DNA of 64,000 bases from Acidobacteriota bacterium (GTDB lineage Bacteria; Acidobacteriota; UBA890; WLXD01): NCBI GenBank assembly GCA_965248695.1, contig CBDFKD010000002.1, positions 1,216,001 through 1,280,000 on the forward strand, written 5' to 3'. The stretch's first letter is position 1, and each line of letters opens with the position of its first letter. The translations under genes were made by a program, and so were the position numbers. The notes beneath the pieces are model-generated. The model was not told where the DNA came from. It searched no databases and saw only the letters and a program-made list of their open reading frames with translations. Of the stretch, positions 1 through 8,885 are shown piece after piece.

Positions 1-1343
1 CACAGCAGTTGCAGGTTGTCGATGTGGTGTGAGCCTCCCATGGACTGCGGCACGATGTGATCCACCGTCATATTGCGGAAGCGGAAGTGTACCTCGCAGC
101 CCGCGCAGGAGCCCTCCTGGCGTCCGTAGAGCGTGTGCCGATGGGTGCGATAGTTTGGCAGGTCGCCCAGGTCGGTGCGGTGTGGGATGTCCGTGCGGTG
201 GTGTACGTCGTAGTACAGGTCCCTCTGCCGCTTATCCGCGGCCACATGGCGCCACGTTGAAGAATCCTCCAGGCGCGACTTCACCAGCTTCGCGGCGAGC
301 GGCGATAGGTCAATACCTACCCACTGGCGACGCAGGCGCTCGGCGGCAACGCAGGCGGTGGCGCAGCCGGCAAAGGGGTCGAGCACCATATCGCCTTCGT
401 TGGAGCTGGCGGCGATGATGCGTTCAAGCAGCGCCAGCGGCTTCTGGGTTGGGTAGCCGACGCGCTCGGCTGCGCGGGCGCCAATTGGAGGGATGTCCGT
501 CCACAGATCCTGCAACGGCACCCCTGGCATCTCATCGAGGTACCGCTTGTATGCAGGCACACGGCCTGGAGCTGTTTGCACGATGCGCCCTTCGTCGACG
601 AGCTGTTGCATGCGCTCCCGCGAGTAGCGCCAGAATCGCGTTACACCCATAACCTCGTACTGTGGGTTCCCTTTCGCGGCACCGCCCGGGCCGGTCAGGT
701 TGTCCAATCGGTATCGCCTGCCCGTGTCCGGCTCCACGTGCCGGTAGAAACCGTCGATGTATCTCTGGTCGTAGGGCACGAACTGCGGGTTCCAGGTCCA
801 TTCCTCGTCCTGCGAATAGAACAGGATCAGGTCTCGAACCCGCCCGTACTGCTTGCGGCCTTGCGCCCCGTCGCTGTGGCTGCTGGTCCGCTTCCACGCA
901 ATCTCGTTTCGGAATCTACCCGGCCCGAGCACCGCGTCCAGCAGCATCCTGAGGTAATGGCTAGCGGTCGGGTCGCAGTGCAGGTACAGGCTGCCGGTGC
1001 TCTTGAGCACCCGCCGCATCTCCAGCAGCCGCACGGCCATCATGACGAGGTAGGCTTTCATGTCCTTGCCGTGCGCAGTCCGCGCGGCGCCGACCACGTC
1101 GTAGACGGGCGGCTCCCGGTCGGCTATCTCGCCGTGCCATGCGTCGTCAACGTCGCTGAGCGTCCACGTGTCCTTGAACGCCGCGCCGGCCGCCTCCGAG
1201 CCGATGGGGGCCGCGTAGTCGCGGTTACTGTTGAACGGCGGGTCCAGGTAGATCAGGTCGACCGACTCGGAGTTCATGCCGCGCATAATCTCTAGGTTGT
1301 CGCCCGTCCATAGCGTCCGGTTGCTCCAGTTCGGATCGCTCAT
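1..1343 (-). CDS. DNA amino-methyltransferase (N6A/N4C, beta-class motif order) fused to a C-terminal HNH endonuclease domain; runs off the left edge
   Basis: Manual translation from ATG 1343: MSDPNWSNRTLWTGDNLEIMRGMNSESVDLIYLDPPFNS (DPPF), later GYPTQKP and VLDPFAGC (SAM motif), then CAGCEVHFRFRNMTVDHIVPQSMGGSHHIDNLQLLC (HNH). Absent from the ORF track because it has no stop in the window. Confidence 0.9.
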   Translation of the reverse strand, partial: MSDPNWSNRTLWTGDNLEIMRGMNSESVDLIYLDPPFNSNRDYAAPIGSEAAGAAFKDTWTLSDVDDAWHGEIADREPPVYDVVGAARTAHGKDMKAYLVMMAVRLLEMRRVLKSTGSLYLHCDPTASHYLRMLLDAVLGPGRFRNEIAWKRTSSHSDGAQGRKQYGRVRDLILFYSQDEEWTWNPQFVPYDQRYIDGFYRHVEPDTGRRYRLDNLTGPGGAAKGNPQYEVMGVTRFWRYSRERMQQLVDEGRIVQTAPGRVPAYKRYLDEMPGVPLQDLWTDIPPIGARAAERVGYPTQKPLALLERIIAASSNEGDMVLDPFAGCATACVAAERLRRQWVGIDLSPLAAKLVKSRLEDSSTWRHVAADKRQRDLYYDVHHRTDIPHRTDLGDLPNYRTHRHTLYGRQEGSCAGCEVHFRFRNMTVDHIVPQSMGGSHHIDNLQLL

Positions 1344-1396
1344 CAACTCAGGAGGTCTAGAGTCCTCGATGATCTATGGTCGACATGGGGGGCTAC

Positions 1397-2344
1397 CTAC
1401 CCTGGTGGTGGTAGGCGGCCGGGGCTGGCGCGAACACCGAGCACGGTGTCGGTTTCCGGGTCGATGTCGCATTGGTAGGTGTGGTTCTGCCAAGCACCGA
1501 GGCCATTTTGGAATTGGATCTTGTCGCCGATCAGGGTGAGGGTACCGGCGGACTGATCCTTCCAGCGGAAGCGGCTGAACTTTGGCTCGAGGAAGCCGTC
1601 TGTCCACTGGTGGCTGTATTGCGCTAGCCGCTCGATGTGGTCTTCGCAGTACACCCCCTTGGAGACGTGCCTATTGCCCCAGCAGTTGAGGTCTTGCCGA
1701 CAGGAATCTTTAGAAGTAGTTACGGCCTCGGTAGCGCGAGCAGCTGTACGAGAAGCCTTCTTGCGTTGCCGTTCTACAGCCGCGCGATACTCTGCTAAGT
1801 TGCCTACACCGAGCCTGCGTGCATCCTGCCAGAGAATTCCTGACACAAGACCAGCTATTAAGGTCGCGCCTACAGCGAGCCGTAGCCGTGATCGCTTGCT
1901 GGGCTTCATGGAGCCAAAGACCCGGCTCCACAGTGGTGTGATCATCACCAAGCCAAAGCCGAGAATTGCAGCACCTATGGCCGCCTCAGGTGATATCACG
2001 CCGGGTGCCGGGAGCAGAATCGCGACCCCGATCACAGCTACAAGGAACCCGGGAACCACGGCTCGTGCCGGTGTTTTGTCCTTCTTCGCCGTGGGCTCAT
2101 CCACATCTTTGGGCGTTGGCGGAGCTGCTGCTTCCGCTGCTGGTTCTTCAGAGGTCGTGTCCGTACTCGCTGCCTCTACCTCACCCCACAGGCTTTCCGC
2201 TGAGGGTTGCTCCGAGATCGGCGAAGACTCAGCGTCGTCGACCGGCTCCTGAGCCGCTACCGCCGCAGGGCAACCGCACTGCGGACAGGCTGCCGCCTGG
2301 TCGGAAATCTGAGCCTTGCATTCAGGGCATTCGATCAGAGCCAA
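1397..2344 (-). CDS. Zinc-ribbon membrane protein
   Basis: MALIECPECKAQISDQAAACPQCGCP N-terminus, acidic linker, three hydrophobic segments, C-terminal soluble domain; GGGGAG SD before TTG. Confidence 0.75.
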   Translation of the reverse strand: MALIECPECKAQISDQAAACPQCGCPAAVAAQEPVDDAESSPISEQPSAESLWGEVEAASTDTTSEEPAAEAAAPPTPKDVDEPTAKKDKTPARAVVPGFLVAVIGVAILLPAPGVISPEAAIGAAILGFGLVMITPLWSRVFGSMKPSKRSRLRLAVGATLIAGLVSGILWQDARRLGVGNLAEYRAAVERQRKKASRTAARATEAVTTSKDSCRQDLNCWGNRHVSKGVYCEDHIERLAQYSHQWTDGFLEPKFSRFRWKDQSAGTLTLIGDKIQFQNGLGAWQNHTYQCDIDPETDTVLGVRASPGRLPPPG

Positions 2345-2357
2345 CGTCAGTCTCCCC

Positions 2358-2424
2358 GTTCAGCGTTCACCGACCCTCGGGTGAGGTCGGCCTGTAGCGT
2401 GTAGGGCCCTGCCGTAGCAGGCGT
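2358..2424 (-). repeat. Copy 1 of a ~65-nt imperfect direct repeat; candidate structured 5' leader RNA
   Basis: Shares GTTCAGCGTTC and TCGGCCTGTAGCGTGTAG with 5018-5081; two hairpins on the minus strand. Confidence 0.7.
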
Positions 2425-2567
2425 CTTCGATTGCGCAATCACAGAAGCGTTTTCCCTGTCCAGGCAACCTGACGATCTTGCCATCCACCTCACCTCGCCG
2501 ATGGTTTCGGCATCATTGGGCCAGGGTATAGGGGGGTGCTCTTCGTTGTCGCTGGCGAGGATGCCAA

Positions 2568-3785
2568 TCAGTTCGGCCTCGGTTGTTCATCGGCTCGTAT
2601 CGCGTTGGACCTGCGGTAATCTTCTGCCGGCGGCTTAGTCACGAAGGTTACGGTGCCGTGATGCCTTTCGACTGCCGACATGATTTCTTCAAGGGAAACG
2701 CGAAAGTACTCACGCCGGAGGTTTACGCGATTAATCCTCCGAGCGGCGAACTCCTCGTGCAGGGTGCTCTCAAGTCTTGGAGCATCTTCTGTGTAAATTA
2801 GTGCGTGAACGTCAAACCGAAACGGGACCGACGCATCGCCTAACTCATACACCCGATCAAGTGGCTCGAGCCTCCTGGTCATTCCGATCTTGTAGATCCC
2901 CTCGCCGAAGGAACCAATGTTCGACAGAACATAGACATGCCCGGACTTCGTGAGCTGTGCGCGTGCGATACTCTTGGCCTTCCTGTCGATTGCGGTCGCA
3001 AGCTCTTGCTCTAGCTTTTCTACAAGGTCTCCAAGCTTTTCGACCTGAGCGCCTGTTGCCTTGTCTAATTGTGCGCGTGCCTTCTCCAACGCCTTGGCGT
3101 AACGTTGCTCTTCTTCTTCTGCATCATGGCGTGCCTTCTCGATTTCCTTTTCTGCCTTCTGTTCATCGCGCATCCGCGCTCGAACTTCTCTCTGTTCCTC
3201 TTTCTCTTCGTAAAGTTTCTCTCGGTGCTCATGTACTAGGTGTAGCTCCTCCAGCTTCTTCTGGAGGTATGTATCAGCAATCGCGATCTTCTTCGTCGCG
3301 CCTAGTTTGTTGATGGCCTCGAAAGCCTTGCTGATTCGTGTTCCGACCTTTTCGACATTGTCGTACTTGACCCTGCCGATCGCGGAATCGCAATCGCCAT
3401 TGAAGGCGCGCAACATCAACTTGGAGTGCTCGGACATCATTTGTCGACCTTTTGCAAGGCTTCCGTCTACCACCCAGTCTCTCGGGCACACTGTTGCAGT
3501 TTTCTCGCGAATCAGGGCCTTCTGTTCCTCTCGAACGGCCTTGAGACGGCTTACATATTCCTCGGAGGTTTCGAAGCCATATCGTGGTTCATAGAATCCG
3601 AAGGACTGGATTTCAATCGCGTCCTCGACAGACTCTAGCTCTGCACGCAAACGAGCAAGTTCGTGGCGCAGGGCCTCAGCTTCACCGCCTTGCAGAGGAA
3701 TAATCTGCGGGAGAACTCCTCCGCACTGAGCACAGAACCGAGCTGCCGACTCTTGTTGCGCGCCACAGCTTTCGCAGTGGATCAT
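2568..3785 (-). CDS. DUF4041 coiled-coil plus T5orf172/MUG113 (GIY-YIG-like) domain protein with N-terminal Zn ribbon
   Basis: CESC..CAQC; LMLRAFNGDCD; GHVYVLSNIGSFGEGIYKIGMTRRLEPLDRVYELGDASVPFRFDVH and RREYF motifs. Confidence 0.85.
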   Translation of the reverse strand: MIHCESCGAQQESAARFCAQCGGVLPQIIPLQGGEAEALRHELARLRAELESVEDAIEIQSFGFYEPRYGFETSEEYVSRLKAVREEQKALIREKTATVCPRDWVVDGSLAKGRQMMSEHSKLMLRAFNGDCDSAIGRVKYDNVEKVGTRISKAFEAINKLGATKKIAIADTYLQKKLEELHLVHEHREKLYEEKEEQREVRARMRDEQKAEKEIEKARHDAEEEEQRYAKALEKARAQLDKATGAQVEKLGDLVEKLEQELATAIDRKAKSIARAQLTKSGHVYVLSNIGSFGEGIYKIGMTRRLEPLDRVYELGDASVPFRFDVHALIYTEDAPRLESTLHEEFAARRINRVNLRREYFRVSLEEIMSAVERHHGTVTFVTKPPAEDYRRSNAIRADEQPRPN

Positions 3786-4990
3786 TCGTCTGCCTCCTGG
3801 ATTTGACCAACACCTTCACTGAGGTGCCTAATGCAAGAGGCTGGGTCGATACGAGAGAGGTCAATAGCTTCGAAGGTAGCTCTGTCCACAACGACTGAAC
3901 GAAGGCGTTTGCGCGAATCGTTTCCAGTTGCCTTGTTGACGCTTGTCACCCAGCCATTGAGAAGCATGCCCGCAACCGTGTTGATATAGCAGCCCTCGAT
4001 GACTTCATGGACCGTTCTCAGGACGAGTTGGTCGAGAATCGACTCGTAAAGCGCTGCGATTTCTTTCTTCTTGAGTGAGATGGGTTCTACGCGATTGCCA
4101 CCAGAGACGAACTTGTACCCCGCTACGGTGGGGATCGTATCGAGAGGAGGAAGCTCAAGTTCAACCACTACGTACCGAGATTCTTCATCGAACTCGACCT
4201 TGTTGCTCATCACCACCCAGTCCGGATACTGCGACCTTTCGAGAACGCGGGAGCAGTACTCGACAATTGCAGATACCTCTCCGGCTTCCAGAGCCCGTCG
4301 AAACTCGACAAGCGCCTTGTTTGAACGCTTCTTTTCGGCGAGAAACTGCGCCTTGTCAATCGCGTGACGATTCCGCGCTTCATCCTTTTCTTGTTCGTGC
4401 TGTCGTACGGCCTCCTGCCAGTCTTGCTGCGCCTTCGCTTCTGCTTGCTGGTGAAGGCGTACATTCTTTTCGCACGTAGCCTCCCACTTGCGAAATCGAC
4501 CTCGAAGCAACCATGCAAGACCCGGCTCAGGTGGAAGGCGTAACCTCTGTGGCGGCGGCTGCTGTGGGGGCTTTGGAAACGAAAACCGTCTGAAGGCTCG
4601 CGTATCGCGCTCTGCTTTCCAGTCGATGCGATCGTCAATCGCAAGCGTTGCCGCAAGAAGACCCTCGGCGTCGGCTAAAGTCTCCTTCGCCTCCTTGTCA
4701 AGGCGTTGCGCCTCGGCTTGAGCCTGTTCTTTTGCGTCACGTTTACCGTCAGCTATTCGTTTTCGAATCTCTTGTTCAGCCCAAGTCTCAACGAGTTGCC
4801 GCGCTTTGGTTTCAATTTCATCCGTGGATTTTGCTTTGATGGTTCGTCGCTTATTTAGATACTCATTTTTGACTTCGGCCTCGTAAATTGGCGCAGAGCG
4901 CAGCTTTCCAGCCGGTGTGTACCAACTAGTCGTTGCCTCAATGACGAGTTTCCTCGATTGAACTAGCTTGCGAATCTCAGATTCATCCAC
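3782..4990 (-). CDS. Coiled-coil protein resembling the N-terminal part of long Mrr-family restriction proteins, without the Mrr catalytic domain
   Basis: LAATLAIDDRIDW, VLERSQYP, LYESILDQLVLRTVHE, LNGWVTSVNKATG, IDLSRIDPASC; stop overlaps the next start (ATGA). Confidence 0.6.
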   Translation of the reverse strand: MDESEIRKLVQSRKLVIEATTSWYTPAGKLRSAPIYEAEVKNEYLNKRRTIKAKSTDEIETKARQLVETWAEQEIRKRIADGKRDAKEQAQAEAQRLDKEAKETLADAEGLLAATLAIDDRIDWKAERDTRAFRRFSFPKPPQQPPPQRLRLPPEPGLAWLLRGRFRKWEATCEKNVRLHQQAEAKAQQDWQEAVRQHEQEKDEARNRHAIDKAQFLAEKKRSNKALVEFRRALEAGEVSAIVEYCSRVLERSQYPDWVVMSNKVEFDEESRYVVVELELPPLDTIPTVAGYKFVSGGNRVEPISLKKKEIAALYESILDQLVLRTVHEVIEGCYINTVAGMLLNGWVTSVNKATGNDSRKRLRSVVVDRATFEAIDLSRIDPASCIRHLSEGVGQIQEADE

Positions 4991-5017
4991 AGTATTCTTG
5001 ACTCATGTTCTATTCCT

Positions 5018-5081
5018 GTTCAGCGTTCCCGATTCCCGCCTGAGATCGGCCTGTAGCGTGTAGAGCCTGCCGTGCAAGCGT
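5018..5081 (-). repeat. Copy 2 of the ~65-nt imperfect direct repeat
   Basis: Aligns to 2358-2424 with a compensatory stem change and G-U-compatible changes. Confidence 0.7.
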
Positions 5082-5132
5082 TCTCGGTTCCTCCGTTGCG
5101 CCTCCGTGCGCACCTTCGCATCTCTCCTTGTG

Positions 5133-5154
5133 GTAGCAGACATTTGTCTGCTAC
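5133..5154. promoter_or_regulatory. Perfect 10-bp inverted repeat, possible operator
   Basis: GTAGCAGACA-TT-TGTCTGCTAC. Confidence 0.4.
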
Positions 5155-5304
5155 GGTCGCTCGCTTGGTTACGAGAATACTCTTACTCGCTCCGCAGCCG
5201 GAAGCAGCCCCTCGCCTCCCGGTTCGGGATGCTGGGAGGCATGGGCATGATGGTTGCAGTCTTGATAGTCCTAGCGATTCTAGTTGCCGGTACCGGAGGG
5301 TTCG

Positions 5305-5757
5305 TCATAGGCCGTCGGTTCGGTGTGCGCGAGGTGCTAGAGCTTGCGCGAGCGCTTCGATATCGGTTTCCTCAAGTAGCTCCACGAGCGCTTTGATCGA
5401 GACCCCGCCAGCGCGGGCGACGTTAGCGGCAAGGAGTACGAGCTTTTCTGGTGACATGCCGGCGTCGATGGCGAAGGCGTCCAGGCGGTCGAGGTTGATT
5501 AGGTCGCGGACTTCTTCCTCGCTGAGCCCTAGCCTTGTTAATCGCTGAACATCTTCATCGGTCGAAGGCAGAATTCGACCCTTGATCCAGCCGTTGAATT
5601 TGGACCGGCCATTTAGGCCAAGCCAACGTGCTACTGCGGATTGCGAGTCGAGACCCACGCTTTTGGGGATAAGCGCTTGTAGGGCCTCCTGCAAACGTTT
5701 GCCTAGATGCCTGTTTGGGTAGGCTACTCCGCGCGCCATCGCCATCGCGTGGTCCAT
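5305..5757 (-). CDS. Putative cI-like XRE/HTH repressor
   Basis: SQSAVARWLGLNGRSKFNGWIKGRILPS is XRE-HTH-like; divergent from a cro-like gene; exact start uncertain. Confidence 0.55.
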   Translation of the reverse strand: MDHAMAMARGVAYPNRHLGKRLQEALQALIPKSVGLDSQSAVARWLGLNGRSKFNGWIKGRILPSTDEDVQRLTRLGLSEEEVRDLINLDRLDAFAIDAGMSPEKLVLLAANVARAGGVSIKALVELLEETDIEALAQALAPRAHRTDGL

Positions 5758-5804
5758 AGTACTTATAGACACATGGACACATGAAGATAAGTATGTTTTT
5801 CTGG

Positions 5805-5840
5805 TTGCAATGTCCTAAAGCATGGTGTACGTTAGGACGC
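5805..5840 (+). promoter_or_regulatory. Sigma70-type promoter for a probably leaderless cro-like gene, overlapped by an inverted repeat
   Basis: TTGCAA(5805)-17 bp-TACGTT(5828), ATG 7 nt later; GTCCTAA-N13-TTAGGAC at 5812-5838. Confidence 0.55.
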
Positions 5841-6083
5841 ATGGGAGACTTCAACTACAACAAGATCCGTGAGCAGCGAGAGAAACTTGGGCTGTCGCAG
5901 TTCAAACTCGCGGCCCGTGTCGGGCGCCATCTCAACACGATCCGATCTTGGGAAACCGGAACATCGCAACCTGACGCAGACGATCTCGCGGCCCTTGCTG
6001 CGGTTCTGCAAGTATCTATCGAGTCTTTTTTTGGCCCTCTTCGTACACGAGTACCTGATACATCATTACGACACTCGCCATGA
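5841..6083 (+). CDS. Cro-like XRE-family HTH regulator
   Basis: KIREQREKLGLSQFKLAARVGRHLNTIRSWETGTSQPDADDLAALAAVLQVSIESFF. Confidence 0.85.
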   Translation: MGDFNYNKIREQREKLGLSQFKLAARVGRHLNTIRSWETGTSQPDADDLAALAAVLQVSIESFFGPLRTRVPDTSLRHSP

Positions 6084-6385
6084 CGCCCATGACGTTACCG
6101 AGTTCCACCACCCCCACGCCACTGCGGAATCAGGCAGACGGCGCAGCCATGAGCGCCCGGACTCGGTTCGTTGAGACCCGCCACCACGAAGGCCCCCTGT
6201 GCCCGGCATGTTTCAGGGAGCTCCCGGAGACACCGAGCGAAGCTGTGAGCCAGCTGCTCGAATACTATGCGCGGCTCGATGAGCAGGACCAACTCGCATT
6301 CGTAGCGACTCTGATTGGCGACGCCGTGACGCAGCGAATGGTTGCGCGCCTTCAGCCGGTCAGCGAGCCCCAGGGGGCGGCGTGA
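6080..6385 (+). CDS. Small phage early-region hypothetical protein
   Basis: ATGA overlap with the cro-like gene; CPAC motif. Confidence 0.5.
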   Translation: MTPMTLPSSTTPTPLRNQADGAAMSARTRFVETRHHEGPLCPACFRELPETPSEAVSQLLEYYARLDEQDQLAFVATLIGDAVTQRMVARLQPVSEPQGAA

Positions 6386-6591
6386 GCGTCGGCGAGATCG
6401 CTGAAATCGTTACGTCGCTCGGGCTGCTGTTCACCGCCATCGTGAACGTGCTGGCTACGCGTCGCCTCCGCTGGCTATCGGGAGACCTGATACAGGCCAT
6501 CCACACCCTCCGAGTCACGCGGCGCGACGCAGCATCGAACGGGTACTCGACGGCGAACTCTGGGCTGGGCCCTGAGGCGAACCGTGAATAG
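6382..6591 (+). CDS. Small membrane hypothetical protein
   Basis: GTGA coupling to the upstream ORF; hydrophobic N-terminus. Confidence 0.45.
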   Translation: MSVGEIAEIVTSLGLLFTAIVNVLATRRLRWLSGDLIQAIHTLRVTRRDAASNGYSTANSGLGPEANRE

Positions 6592-6606
6592 CACGGTAAA
6601 GGGCCC

Positions 6607-6843
6607 ATGAACATCGCGGTGAAGCAGACACTGCCCCTTGCTAAGTGGCGGTTCGAAGACAACGCGGCGCTGCCAAGAGCCGTCGCTGAGCCACCGCCCA
6701 TCCCCGAAACCGTCCTGGATGAACTGTGCCGCTACCGTCAGGACATGGCCTGCGCGCAGTGGGACGACGATCAGCGCCCCGACGACGATGGTGAGCTCGT
6801 CGCCGCCTTCGGCTCCCAGGCCGTGTTTGGAGTGGGGCGGTAG
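6607..6843 (+). CDS. Small hypothetical protein
   Basis: Closely packed, same strand as the early operon. Confidence 0.45.
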   Translation: MNIAVKQTLPLAKWRFEDNAALPRAVAEPPPIPETVLDELCRYRQDMACAQWDDDQRPDDDGELVAAFGSQAVFGVGR

Positions 6844-6845
6844 CG

Positions 6846-6940
6846 ATGCGCCGCGAACGCCGTCTCGATTCGCTGGCCCGCTGGTGCCGGGAGTACTGCG
6901 AGCGCCATGGCCTGGACTATGCCGCCACGCGTCGTGCTTT
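6846..6940 (+). pseudogene. Small phage ORF truncated by IS insertion
   Basis: MRRERRLDSLARWCREYCERHGLDYAATRRAF runs straight into the IS left end. Confidence 0.45.
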
Positions 6941-8200
6941 TGACCTGACCCCCGAAAACGGATCCGGATGTAATCTCACGATCTGGGTCAAGAACGGGAG
7001 GTCAGAATGCCGAGTAAGAGGCACAGCGCCGAGCAGATCGTACGCAAGCTCCGGGAGGCTGAGGTGGAGCTGGCTCGAGGGGCGACGGTCAAGGATGCCT
7101 GCCGCAAGCTAGCAATCACCGAGCACACCTACTACCGGTGGCGGCGAGAGTACGGCGGACTGAAGCTCAACCAGGCCAGAAAGCTCAAGCAACTGGAGAA
7201 GGAGAATGCCCGGCTCAAGAGGCTGGTGGCGGAAAAGGAACTCGACCTGTCGATCCTGAAGGAAGTGGCGGAGGGAAACTTCTGAGCCCAGCTCGGCGGC
7301 GAGAGGCGGTGGCACATGTACGGGGGCGGCTGGGCGTCTCGGAGAGGCGGGCGTGTCGGGTACTGAAACAACCACGCACGACACACCGGTACGTGCCAAG
7401 AGAGCCGCAACAGGAGCAGATTTTGACGGAGCGGATCGTGGATTTAGCCCGACAGTACGGGCGCTACGGATATCGGAGGGTGACAGCGTTGCTGCGCATG
7501 GAGGGCTGGTCCGTGAACCACAAACGAGTGCAGCGTATCTGGCGGCGCGAAGGGCTGAAAGTACCGAGAAAACAGCCCAAACGAGCACGGCTGTGGCTGA
7601 GCGATGGCTCCTGCATCCGGCTGCGCCCACAGCACCGGGATCATGTCTGGGCGTATGACTTCCTGCACCACCGGACGCACGACGGTCGGGCTATGAGGCT
7701 GCTGACGATCGTCGATGAGTACACACGAGAAAGCCTGGCGATCCATGTAGCACGGAAGCTCAACTCTGAGGACGTGCTGGAGCAGCTCGGGAGGTTGTTC
7801 GTACACCGGGGCATACCTGAGCACATCCGGTCGGATAACGGACCAGAGTTCACCGCCGAGGCGGTTCGCGACTGGCTGGGCCGGTTGGGCGTGGGGACGC
7901 TGTTCATCGAGCCGGGCTCGCCGTGGGAGAACGGTTACGTGGAGAGCTTCAACGGCAAGCTACGCGACGAGCTGCTGGATGGAGAGATCTTCTACACGCT
8001 CAAGGAGGCAAAGGTTCTGATCGAGAGATGGCGTCAGCACTACAACCGCATGCGACCGCACAGCTCGCTGAGCTATCGGCCGCCCGCACCCGAAGCGACG
8101 TTGTTGAAGCCGGCTGCGCTCCGCTTCGCCGGCCTCAACAACCTCTTGTCAGCACCGAGTTACTGAGATAAGACATGGTACTAACCGCGGGGTCAGGTCA
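6941..8200 (+). mobile_element. IS3-family (IS407-group) insertion sequence, copy 1, complete, 1260 bp
   Basis: Ends TGACCTGACCCC...GGGGTCAGGTCA; orfA/orfB; no matching flanking duplication (CTTT vs CCTG). Confidence 0.95.
7007..8166 (+). CDS. IS3-family transposase OrfAB (orfA 7007-7285, -1 frameshift into orfB)
   Basis: HTH OrfA; G GGA AAC slippery heptamer at 7273-7279; DDE core WAYDF..SDNGPEF..VESFNG. Confidence 0.95.
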
Positions 8201-8871
8201 CCTGACGAAGCATAGAAGTCGGCGAACTGCGGGATCACCATCACCAGAAGAATGAGCACCACGGCCAGCGAAACGGCGGCCAGAACAATCGGGTACATCA
8301 TCGCGGCCTGAACCCGCCCGCGGAGCTTCAGCGACTTGTCAAGGTGTGCCTGGTAGCGGCGGATCGCCGTGACCAGATCGCCGCTCGCCTCTCCGACTTC
8401 CAGCGATGTGACAAATAGCTCCGGCAATCTCACGCGCTCGATCTCTGGACGAAACGATCCGGAGATGCCCTCGCCACCGGCGAGCAGGCCGCGAACGCGA
8501 TCGAGCATGCTTCCGACCACCGAGCCAGCGCGCCGCGTACGAAGGATATCGACACAGCGGAGTAGCGGTAACCCAGCATTTACCAGCGCCGCGAGCTCCT
8601 GGTTCAGCAACAGTAGCTCGGCGGGCGCTACGTGCGTCCGACGGCGTCTGAAGAGGCCGCGGCCAGAGTCTGCGGCGCCTCCACCCAACTGAATGGACGC
8701 CAGCTTGCGCACCGTCGGCAGGGCGCTGGACGCGCTGCCCTCGACAACGTCGAAGACCTCGAGGCCATCTGCTGCCAGTTGCTCGCGCGCCGCAGGCGCC
8801 GACACCGCCGAGACGTAGCGCTCGGCGATGGCGCCATCGGGGGCGCCGACACGGCAGCGAAACTCAGGCAT
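8201..8871 (-). pseudogene. Type II secretion F / PilC-family inner-membrane platform protein, 3'-truncated by IS
   Basis: LLLNQELAALVNAGLPLL, GEASGDL, AAMMYPIVL, VIPQFADFY; stops at the IS end after about half the usual length. Confidence 0.85.
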
Positions 8872-8885
8872 GGGGAGCGTCCTCG

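Noticed and set aside
576-1295. Plus-strand 239-aa ORF
   Set aside because: Antisense shadow of the methyltransferase-HNH gene.
4983-5006. 7-codon mini-ORF MSQEYCG overlapping the GTG at 4990
   Set aside because: It could be a coupling uORF or a frameshifted start, but it is too short to support.
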